Shown here: positions 20,834 to 33,075 of the stretch, piece after piece
How the letters are laid out: the number at the start of each line of letters is the position of its first letter
How positions within the stretch are numbered: position 1 is the stretch's first letter
Source of the DNA: Anthoceros angustus
Lineage: Eukaryota; Plantae; Anthocerotophyta
Reading direction: 5' to 3'
NCBI GenBank assembly: GCA_010909165.1
Contig: MU008151.1
Coordinates: 186,001-250,000 of the forward strand
Length of the DNA stretch: 64,000 nt
Notes under the pieces: model-generated
What the model was told of the DNA's origin: nothing
Databases searched by the model: none
The model's input: only the letters and a program-made list of their open reading frames with translations
Translations under genes and position numbers: made by a program

Positions 20834-23700
20834 ATGGAAATGCACCGTTTTGAGATGCGCCGCTGCACCGAATTGCGAGCCTCGGGGATTGCTGTGCCGG
20901 ACATGCCTGTGGCAGGCCCAGCCAGGCCGGTAGCAGTAGGAGCTGCATTGTTGGCGACAGTCTCCAGGTACGCGCAATCGAATCTGCCAGAGGTGGTGGA
21001 TTCACACAATTTTGTAAGCAGGGAGGATTAGGCCTCTGCCATCACTCCACGTGCCTGCAAGAATCGCATTATTGGAGATCTCGCTTTGTTTGATGTTTGA
21101 TTTGAACAACTCCATAAACTTGTGAATGGAAATGAACCGGTGACCGGCTGGGTACCTGCTGGGAGTTTGCGCGCGCTGTAGCCTGTAGACACGGCCCTGT
21201 TCAAATGCTGGGAAGCATCCCCGGCACCAAGAGATGCGGTGGAGCTGCGCCAGATGAGCAATGTAGATTGTGCCCTCGAATACGGGATCCCATGGATTAG
21301 GAATTGGCAGGAGTTGGCAGAGCAGGTTTTGTAGCTTGCCAGGACTGTTGGAGTCGGGAGAATGGCTGGAGCAGCTGGAGATCTTTTGCGGAGAAGCGGT
21401 CTTGGAGTTTCTGCACCTTGCACGACAAGCACGGTGGTTGAAGCTCTGACAGGCTCATCGGTCTCCAGATTTGCACAGCAATTGGCTTGCGCAGGGGATT
21501 GATCTGGAGAGATTTGAGTCCTGGCAACATATTTCGTTGTTGCTGTGCCATGTTGCGGCCGCTTGAGCAGGGCCCGGCTGTTGTTCCTTACAGTGCCTCG
21601 CCGAAGTCGTCTGGCATCGCAGCTAGCGTTGCACAGCTCAGGGAAGCATGTACGCACCCGGCGGCTTCTTATGAACTGACTTCCCAGCTGAAACCAAATT
21701 GCGTGATAGTGTTGAGCACGGTAGGTGGGGCGGACCAGGCTGGTACTGCTCGGTATGTGGTGAGGTGTGATGGGAAAGGGTTATGGCGTCTGCGCAAGGA
21801 GACTGGATTGCACGTTTTTCATCCTGCGCTACATCTTGTCACTGTTTGCGAGGTATAACAGGTTGCTGTGCCGGAGAGGGATGGTAGCTGGTGGCACAAT
21901 TTTTTTCTTGTCAGCTGCACGAGCTTGTAGCCTTTAAATGAGTCTGTTGCTCAAGCAGGGTAATGCCTTTGCTCTTATACTGCTGCTGGTGGGTATATTA
22001 CAGAATGGAAGGGTGGGACTCCGATCCGCGGTAGCCGAAGGGAAGCTGCTGCGGTGTGACAAGGACTTCTGTCTGACGTTTGCAAGCTGGCAACTAGGTA
22101 CTCAAGAGGTGCATTCAGCTAACCATCAATATCAGTTCTACCATCAATATCAGCTCTGGGAGTGAGATAGGGCAGACTTGTCAAGGGGGCGGGCAACAAT
22201 CACCTGTTAACTGCTTGTACGTCGATGGGCACACAGACGTGGAGTTTGCGGGGTTACTCAATAGCCGACTGTGTATTGTGGCACAGTAGGTTCAAGCTTG
22301 CACTGAATGTGAGTTCGTCTGAAACACTCACCAAACGCATTTGCTTCCATTGCTGTATTGGTTGGTCGCAACTACGTTGAGGTTCTGATGGGGAGGTTGT
22401 TGAGCAATTTCTTGCAGGTTTGCATCACAATTGTTGCTGAACCGTGTGACTCTTTGGGTAACATTCGAATTACTTCTGCTGTTGGTGCCAAGGCTGAAAC
22501 TGTGGCGTCAGATACTGAATCTCTGGCTCGCACTCAGTCTCCATCTTCTGCTGTATCTACTCTGACGGGATGGAGTCAACTGAAAGATAAGGGTTCATAC
22601 GTGCGTAGTTTTTCCCTGAATTCTGGTATGCGCATATCAAAGGACCGTTTGGTGGAGACAGCAACCGAAATTCACGTATCACAGGAGGATTCTCCGACTG
22701 GACAAAAGCGGAAGCTGCAAAGATGGAGCTGGAGCAGGAAACGGGAGCTTGACAACGCAGACTGTAGCACACCTGGGCCCAATGAACTTCAGAGTCAGCA
22801 GGGAAGCAGGCTACTCCATGACAACATGTCAAATGCAGGTGTACTACAACCTGAAGATGAGGTCAACTCCAGGGTAACGGGGCAGTCCCATTCCGCTTTC
22901 CTGCAAGGGCTCGTTAAGGAAGTGGAGAGCAGTTCTAGCAGGTTGGAGACATATCACACTCAGCTCCTGAATGTTGCACTCCACAAAGTGAAGGAGAATG
23001 CTTTGATAATAGAGAAGGAAAAGGGTCTCAAATGGAAGTTCCAGGCTGCAGTGCTTGTACTGAAGGCCCTCACTAAGCAAAAGCTGCAGCTCATTGCCGA
23101 GGTTTGTGCGACTTTCTGAAAACCTTGTGACACATGGTTTGCTGATGTGCACGGCAAGGTGTTACTCACTATGCATATATATCTACTGCGCTGCAGAATG
23201 CGAGGCTGGAAGCACACAACAAATTACTGACTGAGGAGCGTGAGAGAGATTTACAAGTGTTGCTCACTGAGATGTCACGTTTGAGAACCGAGCTGTGGGT
23301 GAATCACAATAAGGTAATCCTGAAATCAATTACTCCTAGCAGTAAAAGTGACACAACGAGTTCTGGGAATAGTGGATGTGGGCTAGCCTCAACTTACCCT
23401 GGCATGAACAGATTCAGCTAGAGGCACAGGCTCCGTCAGCCCGTTGTTTGGAAGAAAGGGATAGCACGAGGACATCAGCTACATATCACAAGTGCGCAAG
23501 ACTCAAGTGTTTTTCAAGTTGTTGCTTCCATCTTTGAGGTCCTGACTTCCCGGCTGGTGCTTTTGCAGGGTCCCAAAATCGGTCGCATTGAATTGTGAAA
23601 TGCAGGTGACCGTCCTTACACCGATGCAAGGTTCTTGGCAGAAGCGATGATGAGGTGTGTACTAACTACATGACGTTGGGCTGCTCGTGCAGGAGTCAAC
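20834..23700 (+). CDS. Multi-exon gene or pseudogene of unknown function: degenerate kinase-like motifs, then a coiled-coil C-terminus
   Basis: ORF 21487-21858 has GLIWRDLSPGNIF and GTARY. ORF 22358-23119 plus spliceable exons from ~23197 (NARLEAHNKLLTEERERDLQVLLTEMSRLRTEL) are heptad-rich. Stops occur in the 5' part and boundaries are uncertain. Confidence 0.4.
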
Positions 23701-23881
23701 AAAAACGCATGCCTTGAATCGATTCCTTCTCTCCTTGTCCTTCCTGCCGGTACCTATCCTTACTGTAGTTTACGTAATATACCTGCACAGAAGACACCAG
23801 CGTAGGCATGCACAGAGAGGTTTGTAGGTAGCCTAAGCGGTTTTTTCTCCCGTATCGAATCTACCTCTGTTCAAATGGTTA

Positions 23882-23975
23882 TAGTGAAAAGTGAAAAGTG
23901 TAAGTGAAAAGTGAAAAGTGTAAGTGAAAAGTGAAAAGTGTAAGTGAAAAGTGAAAAGTGTACGTGAAAAGTGAA
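23882..23975. repeat. (GTGAAAAGTGAAAAGTGTAA)n simple repeat
   Basis: Directly visible tandem units. Confidence 0.85.
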
Positions 23976-24439
23976 AACAGAGAAAACTAACGTCGACCGC
24001 CAAAATCTGTGTGTATGGTGAGGAGGATTCGCCAGCAGGGCGTTAGCCAGACTCTGTTGTGTACACTATGAGTGAGGAAGAGCATTGGCCTGATTTACGA
24101 GTCGTCAGGATCAGGTTGGATCTGAATTTATTTTTTAATTTTTCAGCAGCTGCTTTGCCAATCTCACTAGCCATATCTAGGACTTTGTGAGGATTAGTAT
24201 CCAATTTTTTTAGCCTTGTTGGTATATGTTTTATTTTTGTACACTTCACATCTACGCCCTTGATAACTAAGTTAGTTGTTAAAATATTATCTTCGAGGGA
24301 AATATTACTGCTAGACTTCCCCACTATTCATATGTAAAGTTGGTATCATTGGCAAATGCTCTCTATTCCGCGGTTGTGTGGATGTTATGTTCTTCCCCAA
24401 CCAAGTCACATTCTGAATGCAGTGGCTTCGTAGTGGAAG

Positions 24440-24860
24440 AATTTTGCCACCGATATGACCGAGGAATAGAAGGTTCGTCTTCCAAAAAGTTGGAGATTTG
24501 ATCTTTCACATTAGCACAGCAAGCTGATCGCATGGAAACATTGCTCGTTTAACATTGCATATCTGATCAACGGAAAGAGTAACAAGATGAGAGCAAACCG
24601 TGGAGATGTTTCTCCGAAGTAGCAACAACCATCCGTGAATTAATATGTTTGCATCCTCTATGCTGGGGCATTTAGCTGATCCTCTAAGCTTCAGCCTGTT
24701 GCCACATTGTCATCCACAAAGGTAGAGTATGTTTCTCTCACAAATGCAGCAAAAGAAGCAGTATGGTGCACACGATTGTTGGCAAATTTACTCCAGTACT
24801 AAGGAGGTTGTGGCTAATGGTCTCACCAAGGTTCTTCATGAATCTAGTTTTCACCATGGA
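24440..24860 (+). mobile_element. Ty1/copia RNase H remnant
   Basis: Translates SSKLQPVATLSSTKVEYVSLTNAAKEAVW and VANGLTKVL (copia RNase H motifs), with stops. Confidence 0.7.
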
Positions 24861-26449
24861 CCTTCGGCCATCTTGAGCAGAATTATGTACTTAGCAATCC
24901 TATCTTTGACCTCTAATTAATACAAATACATATATATGTGTAAGCTTTCCAAAAAAAATAAAAATCTTGCAATGCATATTTCATTAGGTACATGGTTTAG
25001 TAGTCCCCTAGATAATCATTAATAAAGGGGTCATACAAATATTGAGGTTCTTACAATGAGTAGCACTCGTGAACGTCATTACTTACACATCTACTTCAAT
25101 CAGCTAGTAATGCTTGAATTTATATAAAAATAAATAAAACATGTATAAGAGTCTGTGAATATTTTCAATATATAATGAATTTGAAAAGTTGAATTTTTCA
25201 ACATCATCCGACCAAACGTTATATCTAACTACGTATGATTAGAACTTCTATATATAATGAATTTGAAAAGTTAAAAGTTTTTCATCATCATCCAACCAAA
25301 CGTTACATCTAACTACATATAATTAGAAAATAATTACCTTAAGATCATACAAGGGTATGGTACATTGCTAATTATTGATTAAAAGAGGATTAGTGGTTAA
25401 AGAGTTGAGTACAATACGGAGACTTCTCGAGAAGCCACTTATTGTAATATTAGAGATAAAGATCATATGAAGTTCTGTTTACAGAAATCACATGGAGTTC
25501 ATGTAAAGATCATACGGATATTGCACTAACCATCTTATGACCCTATTCTAAACAACTTATTTTGAAAATAATTTATACAAATATGGAATAAATTTCATAG
25601 AGTTATATATCCTCTATAATAAGATTGACAAACAATTGATAGACCTTTCAAAGTAAAAAGAAGGATTCCAAGTTTGAATAGGTTAATACATAAAGATATG
25701 TGAGGTGTAAACATCCTATAGACATGAAATGAATATGGAACTCAAAAAGTCTTTCGAGCAAATATCGTAAGACACACAAGAGTGTCATTTACCAAGACAT
25801 ATTTTTCATCAATTTTACTTGTATGTGGGAATGTGATGTAACATGAGCTCAAGTATTTAGGAAGGCTCTCAGCAAGGACGATCACATAGACTATGACATG
25901 CCCTCACCATCCACTGTCTCTTCGGACCCTTACAACAACAAACAACCACCAAGAACAAGTCATATAACTCAAGCAGCAGGTCATAGAACTCGAGCAGCAG
26001 ATCACATGATTCGCCGCTTCCTTCGCTTCTTCTTTTGTGAATATGTACTCCTTCAAGGCTCACATGACCAAGACCAAAAGTTTTAACTTGATCGACTCAC
26101 GTGCTAACTTTGTTGATGAACATTATTTGATTGAGAAGCTATCTACTTAAACACTGCACCCTCGCATGGAAAGAATGGAAGAATCCAGGAGGAAAGCCCT
26201 CTACGCCTGTCCCAAACTGCTTCTCCTGGAGAGAGGCTTGAAAACCGCGCAACCCGTCCACGGAGAACGAGGAAAAACAAGGCATGGCCGCCCTAGCCTC
26301 CGAGGATAAAGAGTCCCTAGCCAACAAAATGTGCAAGGGGAAGGCCCCCTCCTCCATGCCCGAGACACAGGCCTCTAAGATCGGGGAATCCTAATTGAAT
26401 ATTCGACCATTGGCGCGCATCCAACACGAGGAGCACATTGAAGATTAAC

Positions 26450-26960
26450 ATATATTGTCACCGACATGATCGTGGAATAGAAGGTTTGTCTTCCAAAAAT
26501 TTGGAGATTTGATCTTTTACATTAGTACAGCAAGCTAATCGCATGGAAACATTGCTCATTCAACACTGCACATCTGATCAACGGAAAAAGTGACAAGATG
26601 AGAGCAAACCGTGGAGATGTTTCTCCGAAGTAGCAACAACCATCCGCGAATCAATATGTTTACACCCTCTACGGTGGGGCAATTAGCTGATCCTCTAAGC
26701 TTCAGCCTGTTGCAGCATTGTCATCCACAAAGATAGAGTATGTTTGTCTCACAAATGCAGCAAAAGAAGCAGTATGCACAATTGTTGGCAGAGTTACTCC
26801 AGTATTAAGGAGATGGTGTCTAATGGTCTCACCAAGGCTCTTTCTGAATCTAGCTTTCATCGATTCAAGTAGGTCTTGAATATTCGACCATTGGAGATGG
26901 TGGCTAATGGTCTCACCAAGGCTCTTTCTGAATCTAGCTTTCAACGATTCAAGTAGGTCT
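26450..26960 (+). mobile_element. Second copy of the copia RNase H remnant
   Basis: Near-duplicate of 24440-24860 with a local internal duplication at ~26815-27010. Confidence 0.7.
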
Positions 26961-28344
26961 TGAATATTCGACCATTGGCGCGCATCCAACACGAGGAGCA
27001 CATTGAAGATTAACCTATATCGTATCATATCATTGTTATGGGCACACCGTACTACCTAGTTTGAGTTCTTCCGCACTAGACCACCAATTGAATAAAGTAA
27101 AAAGATATATGTAATTATGATTTACATATTTATAAGCATAATCCATATTTGAACTATAAAAGTTCCTACAACATTCAAAGACACCTGGGTACCGAAAGGA
27201 GATTACAACGTTACCAGGACCCCCATAGGCCACCCATGTTTCATGCGGTGCTGCCGCGTCTGAGTCCGTTGAACGCGTTCTTGATGTTCCGGAAGCCATG
27301 TCACACGCTCTGTGCTGGAAGCAGTCCTGGTGCCTGCAACTCCAAGTGCAATGGAGGAAAGAAAGCTCTAAACTGACAGTGTGTTGAATCCTTGAAAACG
27401 GAGTCGGAGCTCAGTCCCGATTCTCATCAGTTGAAATTTCAGCCACACTGAGTGAGCTAGAGCAACTTGACGGACACTGCGATGACTGATGAGCAGCTGG
27501 ATCCTAAAATTTCAGCCGGACTTTGAACCAAAACTAAAATACTGTCGTCCCGCACGGCAGGCTCAAATTTCAGCCAGTGGTAAACCTAAGCATGCCAGAC
27601 ACTGCAGGTCAAGAGGCTCGGCTCATAATCGGGTAATTGTGGCTGCAATTTCAAGTCTATTGCATCATCCTGCTTAAATTGTAACCTAAACGACAAGCGG
27701 ACAAATTCGCAACCTCACCAAGGCTCTCTCTCAGTCACGCAATCAAACGATCCCGACTCGGTGGTTCTCACCTCATCTGCACCGCTAAAGCTGACTGGAG
27801 GTGATGGACATATCCGCAAACAAGTCAGAGCTCTGACAGCACAGCTATCTCAAACTTCTTGGAACCGAATGCAGCTCGAACAGTTGTAATAATCAAATCC
27901 AGCTTCTGGCAATTCCGCTTCTCCTCAGAGTCTGGACAAACTTCCCAGCCCGGCAAGCGGTGGCGAGGAGGAGGTGCGGGTGGAAGGGGGGTGAAGGAAG
28001 CTGCAGATTGCAGTTGCAATCTGCAGCTCGCCACCGCTCCACCCCGTCCTCCCTTCCGCACCTGTCCTCGCGTTCCAGCTATTGCCGCCGACAGATGTGA
28101 CACATTGTGGTTCTCACCTTGCTGCAGAGGCCGAGAGGAGGTGAGTGCCATGGCGACGTAGGTGGATGCAAGACGCCCGATCGCGAGCTCGCCGGCAAGT
28201 TGAAGGTGCTAGCTTGCGAGGTAGTCCACGCCGGGCTGAGAAGTTGAGCACGCTGCTTGTCATCTACTCCAATCCGGGCACTGTGCAGCAACTGTCAGGC
28301 CCGATCATGACAGACGAGGCATCTGCTGCACCGGCCGGCAGGCT

Positions 28345-29720
28345 GTGATCATTATTTTCCTGTTTCGAAACTCCTATATAATATTTTCTTTAAAATCCCA
28401 GGCAGAGAGGTCTCCTTCTAGTTGTTGCAGACTGGGATGGTTGTTTTTCAACCTGGTTCTGCCCCTGGCCAGCAGGGGGTTCACCTGGTTGTGCACATTT
28501 CCAGCAGGGGGGCTCAGATACTTGTGTTGCAAGGTTGATTGTTGATCATTTTGGAAATGGTTCTGCCCATGGCCGGCAATGGGCTTAATTGTGCGAGGCT
28601 GATAAAAGCAGCAATTGGCTAGCTGTATTCGACGGGCGCGGGATGGGTGCAAAGTGAGATAGATGTGATCTATGGCAATGTTCCAAGATTTACCGGTGGG
28701 GATCACGAGACATGAGATTTTTCAGAACTTCACGTGTTTATGTAGAGCTTGAAGTTCTGCTAATAGGTGGAATTGCCTTCTAAGTATGGCCTGGGTAAGA
28801 AGAGTGACCACTTGAGAGCTAAGGGGCACAACTTCTCTTGTGGGAGTTTCATGTTAACTGCAATCTTACATTTTGTGGTTCCGACATTGCTTTGGGGAGT
28901 GGGTTCTACTCGGAGCACTAGTTGGTTAGCATTGCTGATGTTGGCACCAAACACGTTTCGGAATCATGAATGGGCTTGGGCTGGCCATGCACAGCCTGAT
29001 GGCCTGTGCCACTGGGGTGTGGAACGAAATCCATTCCAAGCCTTCATCTGCAGCCTTAAGGGTGTCTACTTGGCCAATCCCATCTATTTTAGGTTAGGTT
29101 GGTTTTTTCTGCACCGTGGTAGCTGGAAATTCCTCACAGGCTCGGCTGCTTGTTTCCTGCTGGATAGGGTTTTGAGGATGCCATGGATTTAAAGGATTGG
29201 TCTGTGCCCGACTTGTTGTGAAATTCATCGTGGTACCATAGGAACTCTCAGGTCAGGTCTTCCCCTTCCATTTTTGCAAATGACCGTTCATGAACATAAG
29301 AAGCCATGGCATGAATTCGGGTTTATTAGCTTTCAGCAGTTTCCTAAGGCTGGGTCTGTGCAGGCACCATTTCGTCGAATGATGGCTGGGAATGGATATC
29401 TTCTGCATCACCACAATCAAATCAGATTGAATTGAATTAGCTGCCCAGCATGGCAGGCTGGTACCAGTGTCATGTACATACGCACATAGGTAAGGTTGTT
29501 CGAGTGTCAATCATTCACTAGTAGTACAAATCTCTATTTGTGGCATCAAAGTCTGGCAAGTCTGGGCTCAGGTACGGCATACGAGATAGCTAAACTCACA
29601 AGTCCTCTTGACTGATGAGAAGAGAGCTGTCCCTACTACAGTTATAACTCCTTACAATTTTGGACTTAAGCCTGCAAACAATCTTGGTTCTTCTCAAAAC
29701 CCTCATGAAGTGCAGTTGTT
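28345..29720 (+). pseudogene. Mosaic of PPR-like fragment, sulfiredoxin genomic fragment (29055-29390) and a block shared with 48860-49250
   Basis: Colinear similarity to 49570-50470 and 48860-49250; SRX exon/intron sequence such as GGGTGTCTAC, CGTGGTACCATAGGAACTCTCAGG and TGCAGGCACCATTTCGTCGA. Confidence 0.65.
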
Positions 29721-29825
29721 CAAAACGATGTCCACATTCCCGAAGTACTACTCTCTTCAGCTTACAATCACCTCTCCTCCTTGCTACACACCGGCGTTCC
29801 ATCTCCTCGTCTACCAGATCTATCA

Positions 29826-31610
29826 TCAGCCGCGTTCCTGTATCTTCCCCTTTTGCCTTCGGTGTTCGATCTCCTCGTCTAGCGGATCTGTCATTCGCGG
29901 CAAAGGAGGGACAGATTTCGTCTGGGCAGCCACCAAAGGAGGGACAGATTGCGTCTTGGCAGCCACCACTGGAGGGACAGATTGCGTCTGGGCAGTCACC
30001 ACAGGAGGGACAGATTGCGTCTGGGCTGTCACCACAGGAGGGACAGATTGCGTCTGGGCAGTCACCACAGTAGGGACAGATTGCATCTGGGCAGCCACCA
30101 AAGGAGGGACAGATTGCGTTTGGGTAGCCACCGAAGGAGAATCTGTCGTCTGGGTAGCCACCAAAGGAGGGACAGATTCAGTGTCTCCCACCCGCCTTTG
30201 TACCGACAAAGGGGCAAATTTCGTCTGGGCAGCCACCTGCCGAATGTCCTTAGTGCCTCCCACCCTGGGCCTGAAACTCCCAATGCACACGCACTCTGCG
30301 GCCTTCTCCTCACTCTGAGCGGCCAAGTACTCGTCGGGAGGATACGGCAGTCGCCAGGATCTCCTCGAATCCTCGAACCCTATCTCCCCGTAGTTACTCT
30401 TCCTGCTACTCACGTAATCCCCATCCCAGGACGGGTTGATCTGAACGTCCCGCCCCGATCCCGACGCATAGCACGGCTGGCTGAAGTACGACGTCGCGCC
30501 CCTGACCTTAGAACCCCCCTCCGTCCGATCCAGCGCCCACTTCCTGGCAATATTGTCCAACTTCAGCCTCCCGAATCTGGTCACCTTCCATTTCCCATTC
30601 CTGTCCACCCCGCCGGTGTACAATTCGTCCTCCGTCCACCCGGCCCAGATCATCAGCCTCTGGCTGTCGTAGTCGAACAGCACCTGGAACGTCTCCCACA
30701 CCGCCTTCCCCACCTTGGGGTCGTTCCGCCATCCCATCGACCCGATATGCTCCACGAACGCCTTCTCCTCCCAGCTGTACACCCACACCTGCACGAGCCC
30801 CTGCTGCTGCCCCGACGGCGGGGTGACGATGGCGATGTACACCATCTTCCCCTTCACGCAGCTGGAGATGAATTGGCCCACGTTTCTGGCTGCCGGTGCA
30901 CTGGAAGGGCCTGGGAGTTCCATTCTCCTGCCGGCCGTGGTCAGCTCTGGTCCCCGCACCCACTCCTTCATGCTGGTGAAGTACGTGGCAACCCTGATGG
31001 TCACCGCCCCGGTGCGCGGATTCTCCACAGCCCCGAACTCCAGAATGCGGAAGTCGGGGGAACCGGGCACGGCGAGCATGTGCGCGAACACGTGCTCCCA
31101 GGAGTTGGGCGACTGCAGCTTGGGGTGGCACTGGATCTCCTGCCAGCGCGGGGTGGCACTGGTACCCGGGAAGCTGGAATCGCTGGGATCCCTGGGATCG
31201 CTGGGCTCGCCCACCAGGTAACAGGACATGAGCGGGGCCGCGCGGCGGATGTAGAGGCCCACCATGTAGGAGGCCGGGGTGAGCGGCTGAATCCGGTGGA
31301 TGGCAGACTGCACTCTGTCCACGGGCACCCGGTACCACACCGGATTGGGATTCGAGGGGTCCAGAACCCACAACCGCGTGGGCTCCTTGGGACACATCAC
31401 CTTCCACCGCTCCGCCATGCCGGGCTGCACCAGCACGAAGCACCACGGCTGCATCACAAGCTCGTTCCCGCCCGAGCAAGAATCTGAGTGGGATCCGCTT
31501 TTGTCCCGATTCAGATCCAAAGGAGGCGGATCCTTCCACTTCAGCTTCTCGCCCAGCGCCCTCTCTACAGCCTGGATCATCTCGTCGCTGGATGTCTCCG
31601 TCTCGGCCAT
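29826..31610 (-). CDS. Intronless 594-aa orphan protein, probably an F-box-associated/kelch-type beta-propeller without a recognisable F-box, with C-terminal 11-aa repeats
   Basis: Intact GC3-rich ORF; Trp-rich beta-strand pattern (VQVWVYSWEEKAF, CVKGKMVYIAIV); conserved paralog at 44871-46349. The fold assignment is inference. Confidence 0.7.
   Translation of the reverse strand: MAETETSSDEMIQAVERALGEKLKWKDPPPLDLNRDKSGSHSDSCSGGNELVMQPWCFVLVQPGMAERWKVMCPKEPTRLWVLDPSNPNPVWYRVPVDRVQSAIHRIQPLTPASYMVGLYIRRAAPLMSCYLVGEPSDPRDPSDSSFPGTSATPRWQEIQCHPKLQSPNSWEHVFAHMLAVPGSPDFRILEFGAVENPRTGAVTIRVATYFTSMKEWVRGPELTTAGRRMELPGPSSAPAARNVGQFISSCVKGKMVYIAIVTPPSGQQQGLVQVWVYSWEEKAFVEHIGSMGWRNDPKVGKAVWETFQVLFDYDSQRLMIWAGWTEDELYTGGVDRNGKWKVTRFGRLKLDNIARKWALDRTEGGSKVRGATSYFSQPCYASGSGRDVQINPSWDGDYVSSRKSNYGEIGFEDSRRSWRLPYPPDEYLAAQSEEKAAECVCIGSFRPRVGGTKDIRQVAAQTKFAPLSVQRRVGDTESVPPLVATQTTDSPSVATQTQSVPPLVAAQMQSVPTVVTAQTQSVPPVVTAQTQSVPPVVTAQTQSVPPVVAAKTQSVPPLVAAQTKSVPPLPRMTDPLDEEIEHRRQKGKIQERG
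29901..30190. repeat. 33-bp coding minisatellite (TQSVPPVVTAQ) x8-9
   Basis: Units such as ACAGGAGGGACAGATTGCGTCTGGGCAGTCACC. Confidence 0.9.
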
Positions 31611-32954
31611 GTCGACTTGCCAACATGCGTTCGCCCTCTACAGGCAGCACTCGATGATTCAATCTCTTCTCCGGGTTGCAGCAGATCTCATCACTGTGTT
31701 CAAACTGAAGGAACAACCGGTGTTCCGTGGCCCATTCAATTCGGTGTTCCGTTTGGTTGGTTGTAGAATAATTTGAATGAAAGATACAGGACAGGAGCTT
31801 TAGAGCACGAAGCCACAGCATAGCATACAAGGTGCACTGTTGAGAGTTGAGAGCACAGCATGACGAGACAAACCCTAGAAGAAGAAGAATGATAGACAAA
31901 CCCTAGAGCCTAGCCCTAAAGGCCTTCCATGTACATACATACAACCCAGCTTCCTGCCGCATATATAGCAGCGTCCCAAGAGCCAAGCATGTGTTGTATG
32001 ATTGCATTGAAGTTGCAGGCCTATGCATTGCTTCAGCTGCCTTCGAGCTGTCTGCACAAATCTTGGAATGTCCAAGTTCTACGAAACAAAAGGCATATGC
32101 TACTTCAGGGAAAGTTCTAGGCAAACATGTTGATGCTGATCAATGTCCAGGACAAGGACAAGACGGGGCTATCTTCAGCTCAAGGAGAGGATCCACGTTC
32201 CTGTACACACGTCACCGCATCAGCCTGTACGCGTCGCACCGGACATGCCTGAAGTCACCTCAGGGGGTGAAGCTTGTTTCGAAATGGCATTGTGTGATCT
32301 GTGAATTAACGTGCGCGTATGAAGTTCAAGACCGTCTAGTATGTGCCATACCCAAGCCACAGAGCAATTGCCCGTGCATGCCTCGTCGAAAAGATCAATG
32401 GCGATTTCAAAGCCTTTCCGGCATGGATCTGGGCAAGTGGGAGCTCGTTGGAAAGCCGAGGTTCACGCCATGACAAGAAGCGTTTCTGCAAAATTTTCGG
32501 TCCAGAGATGTGAAACCAGATCGTCCAAACCTATTTTCGAATTCATCTTGAAACAAATCGAGGACCCCGCCCCGGCTTTCTGGGGTTAGTAAAGGCCGGC
32601 CTCAGTTCACCCTGGCCAGGCTGTAACAGTTGACACCGACTTTCGACACTAGTGCGGGGATGTAGCGGAAGTAGAGCCCCACCATGGAGCTTGGAGTTCT
32701 GCGAATAGGTGGAATTGCCTTGAGAAGTGTGGAAGATGTGGATTACACCCTTAATCGAAGGCCTATAGGGTGTTGTGTCCTAAGTGAAGGGTTCTCATCG
32801 ATGAGATCCTAGGCTGCACGTGTACTGTCGCTGCCACAAGAGAAGTTGTGCCTCTTCAGCCTTCAAGCGGTGACTATATCTCAATCTAGGGTCCACTTTC
32901 TGGTCTGTGACACGGTGGTGTGGAAGCAATCCATTCCAAGCCTTCATCTGCCTT

Positions 32955-33075
32955 GAGGGTGTCTACAGTAGTGGTCAAACTCCATGTACTCTAGGTTCGG
33001 TTTCCCCTGCATTATGGCAGCTTGAGATCACTTACAAGCTCTGGGGTTTGTTTGGTGGACAGGGTTTTTCTTTTT
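32955..33075 (+). pseudogene. Sulfiredoxin genomic fragment (exon plus intron)
   Basis: GAGGGTGTCTAC ... GGCAGCTTGAGATCACTTACAAGCTCTGGGGTTTG ... ACAGGGTTTT resembles the reverse complement of 20325-20445. Confidence 0.7.

Noticed and set aside
24043-24324. 93-aa ORF as a host gene
   Set aside because: AT-rich, embedded among TE remnants, and has no recognisable domain or splice structure.
29949-31899. Long overlapping antisense or alternate-frame ORFs (512 aa, 463 aa) over the propeller gene, and similar ones over 40-42 kb and 57-58 kb
   Set aside because: Expected shadows of GC3-rich coding sequence; low-complexity Arg/His/Gly composition and not conserved in paralogs.
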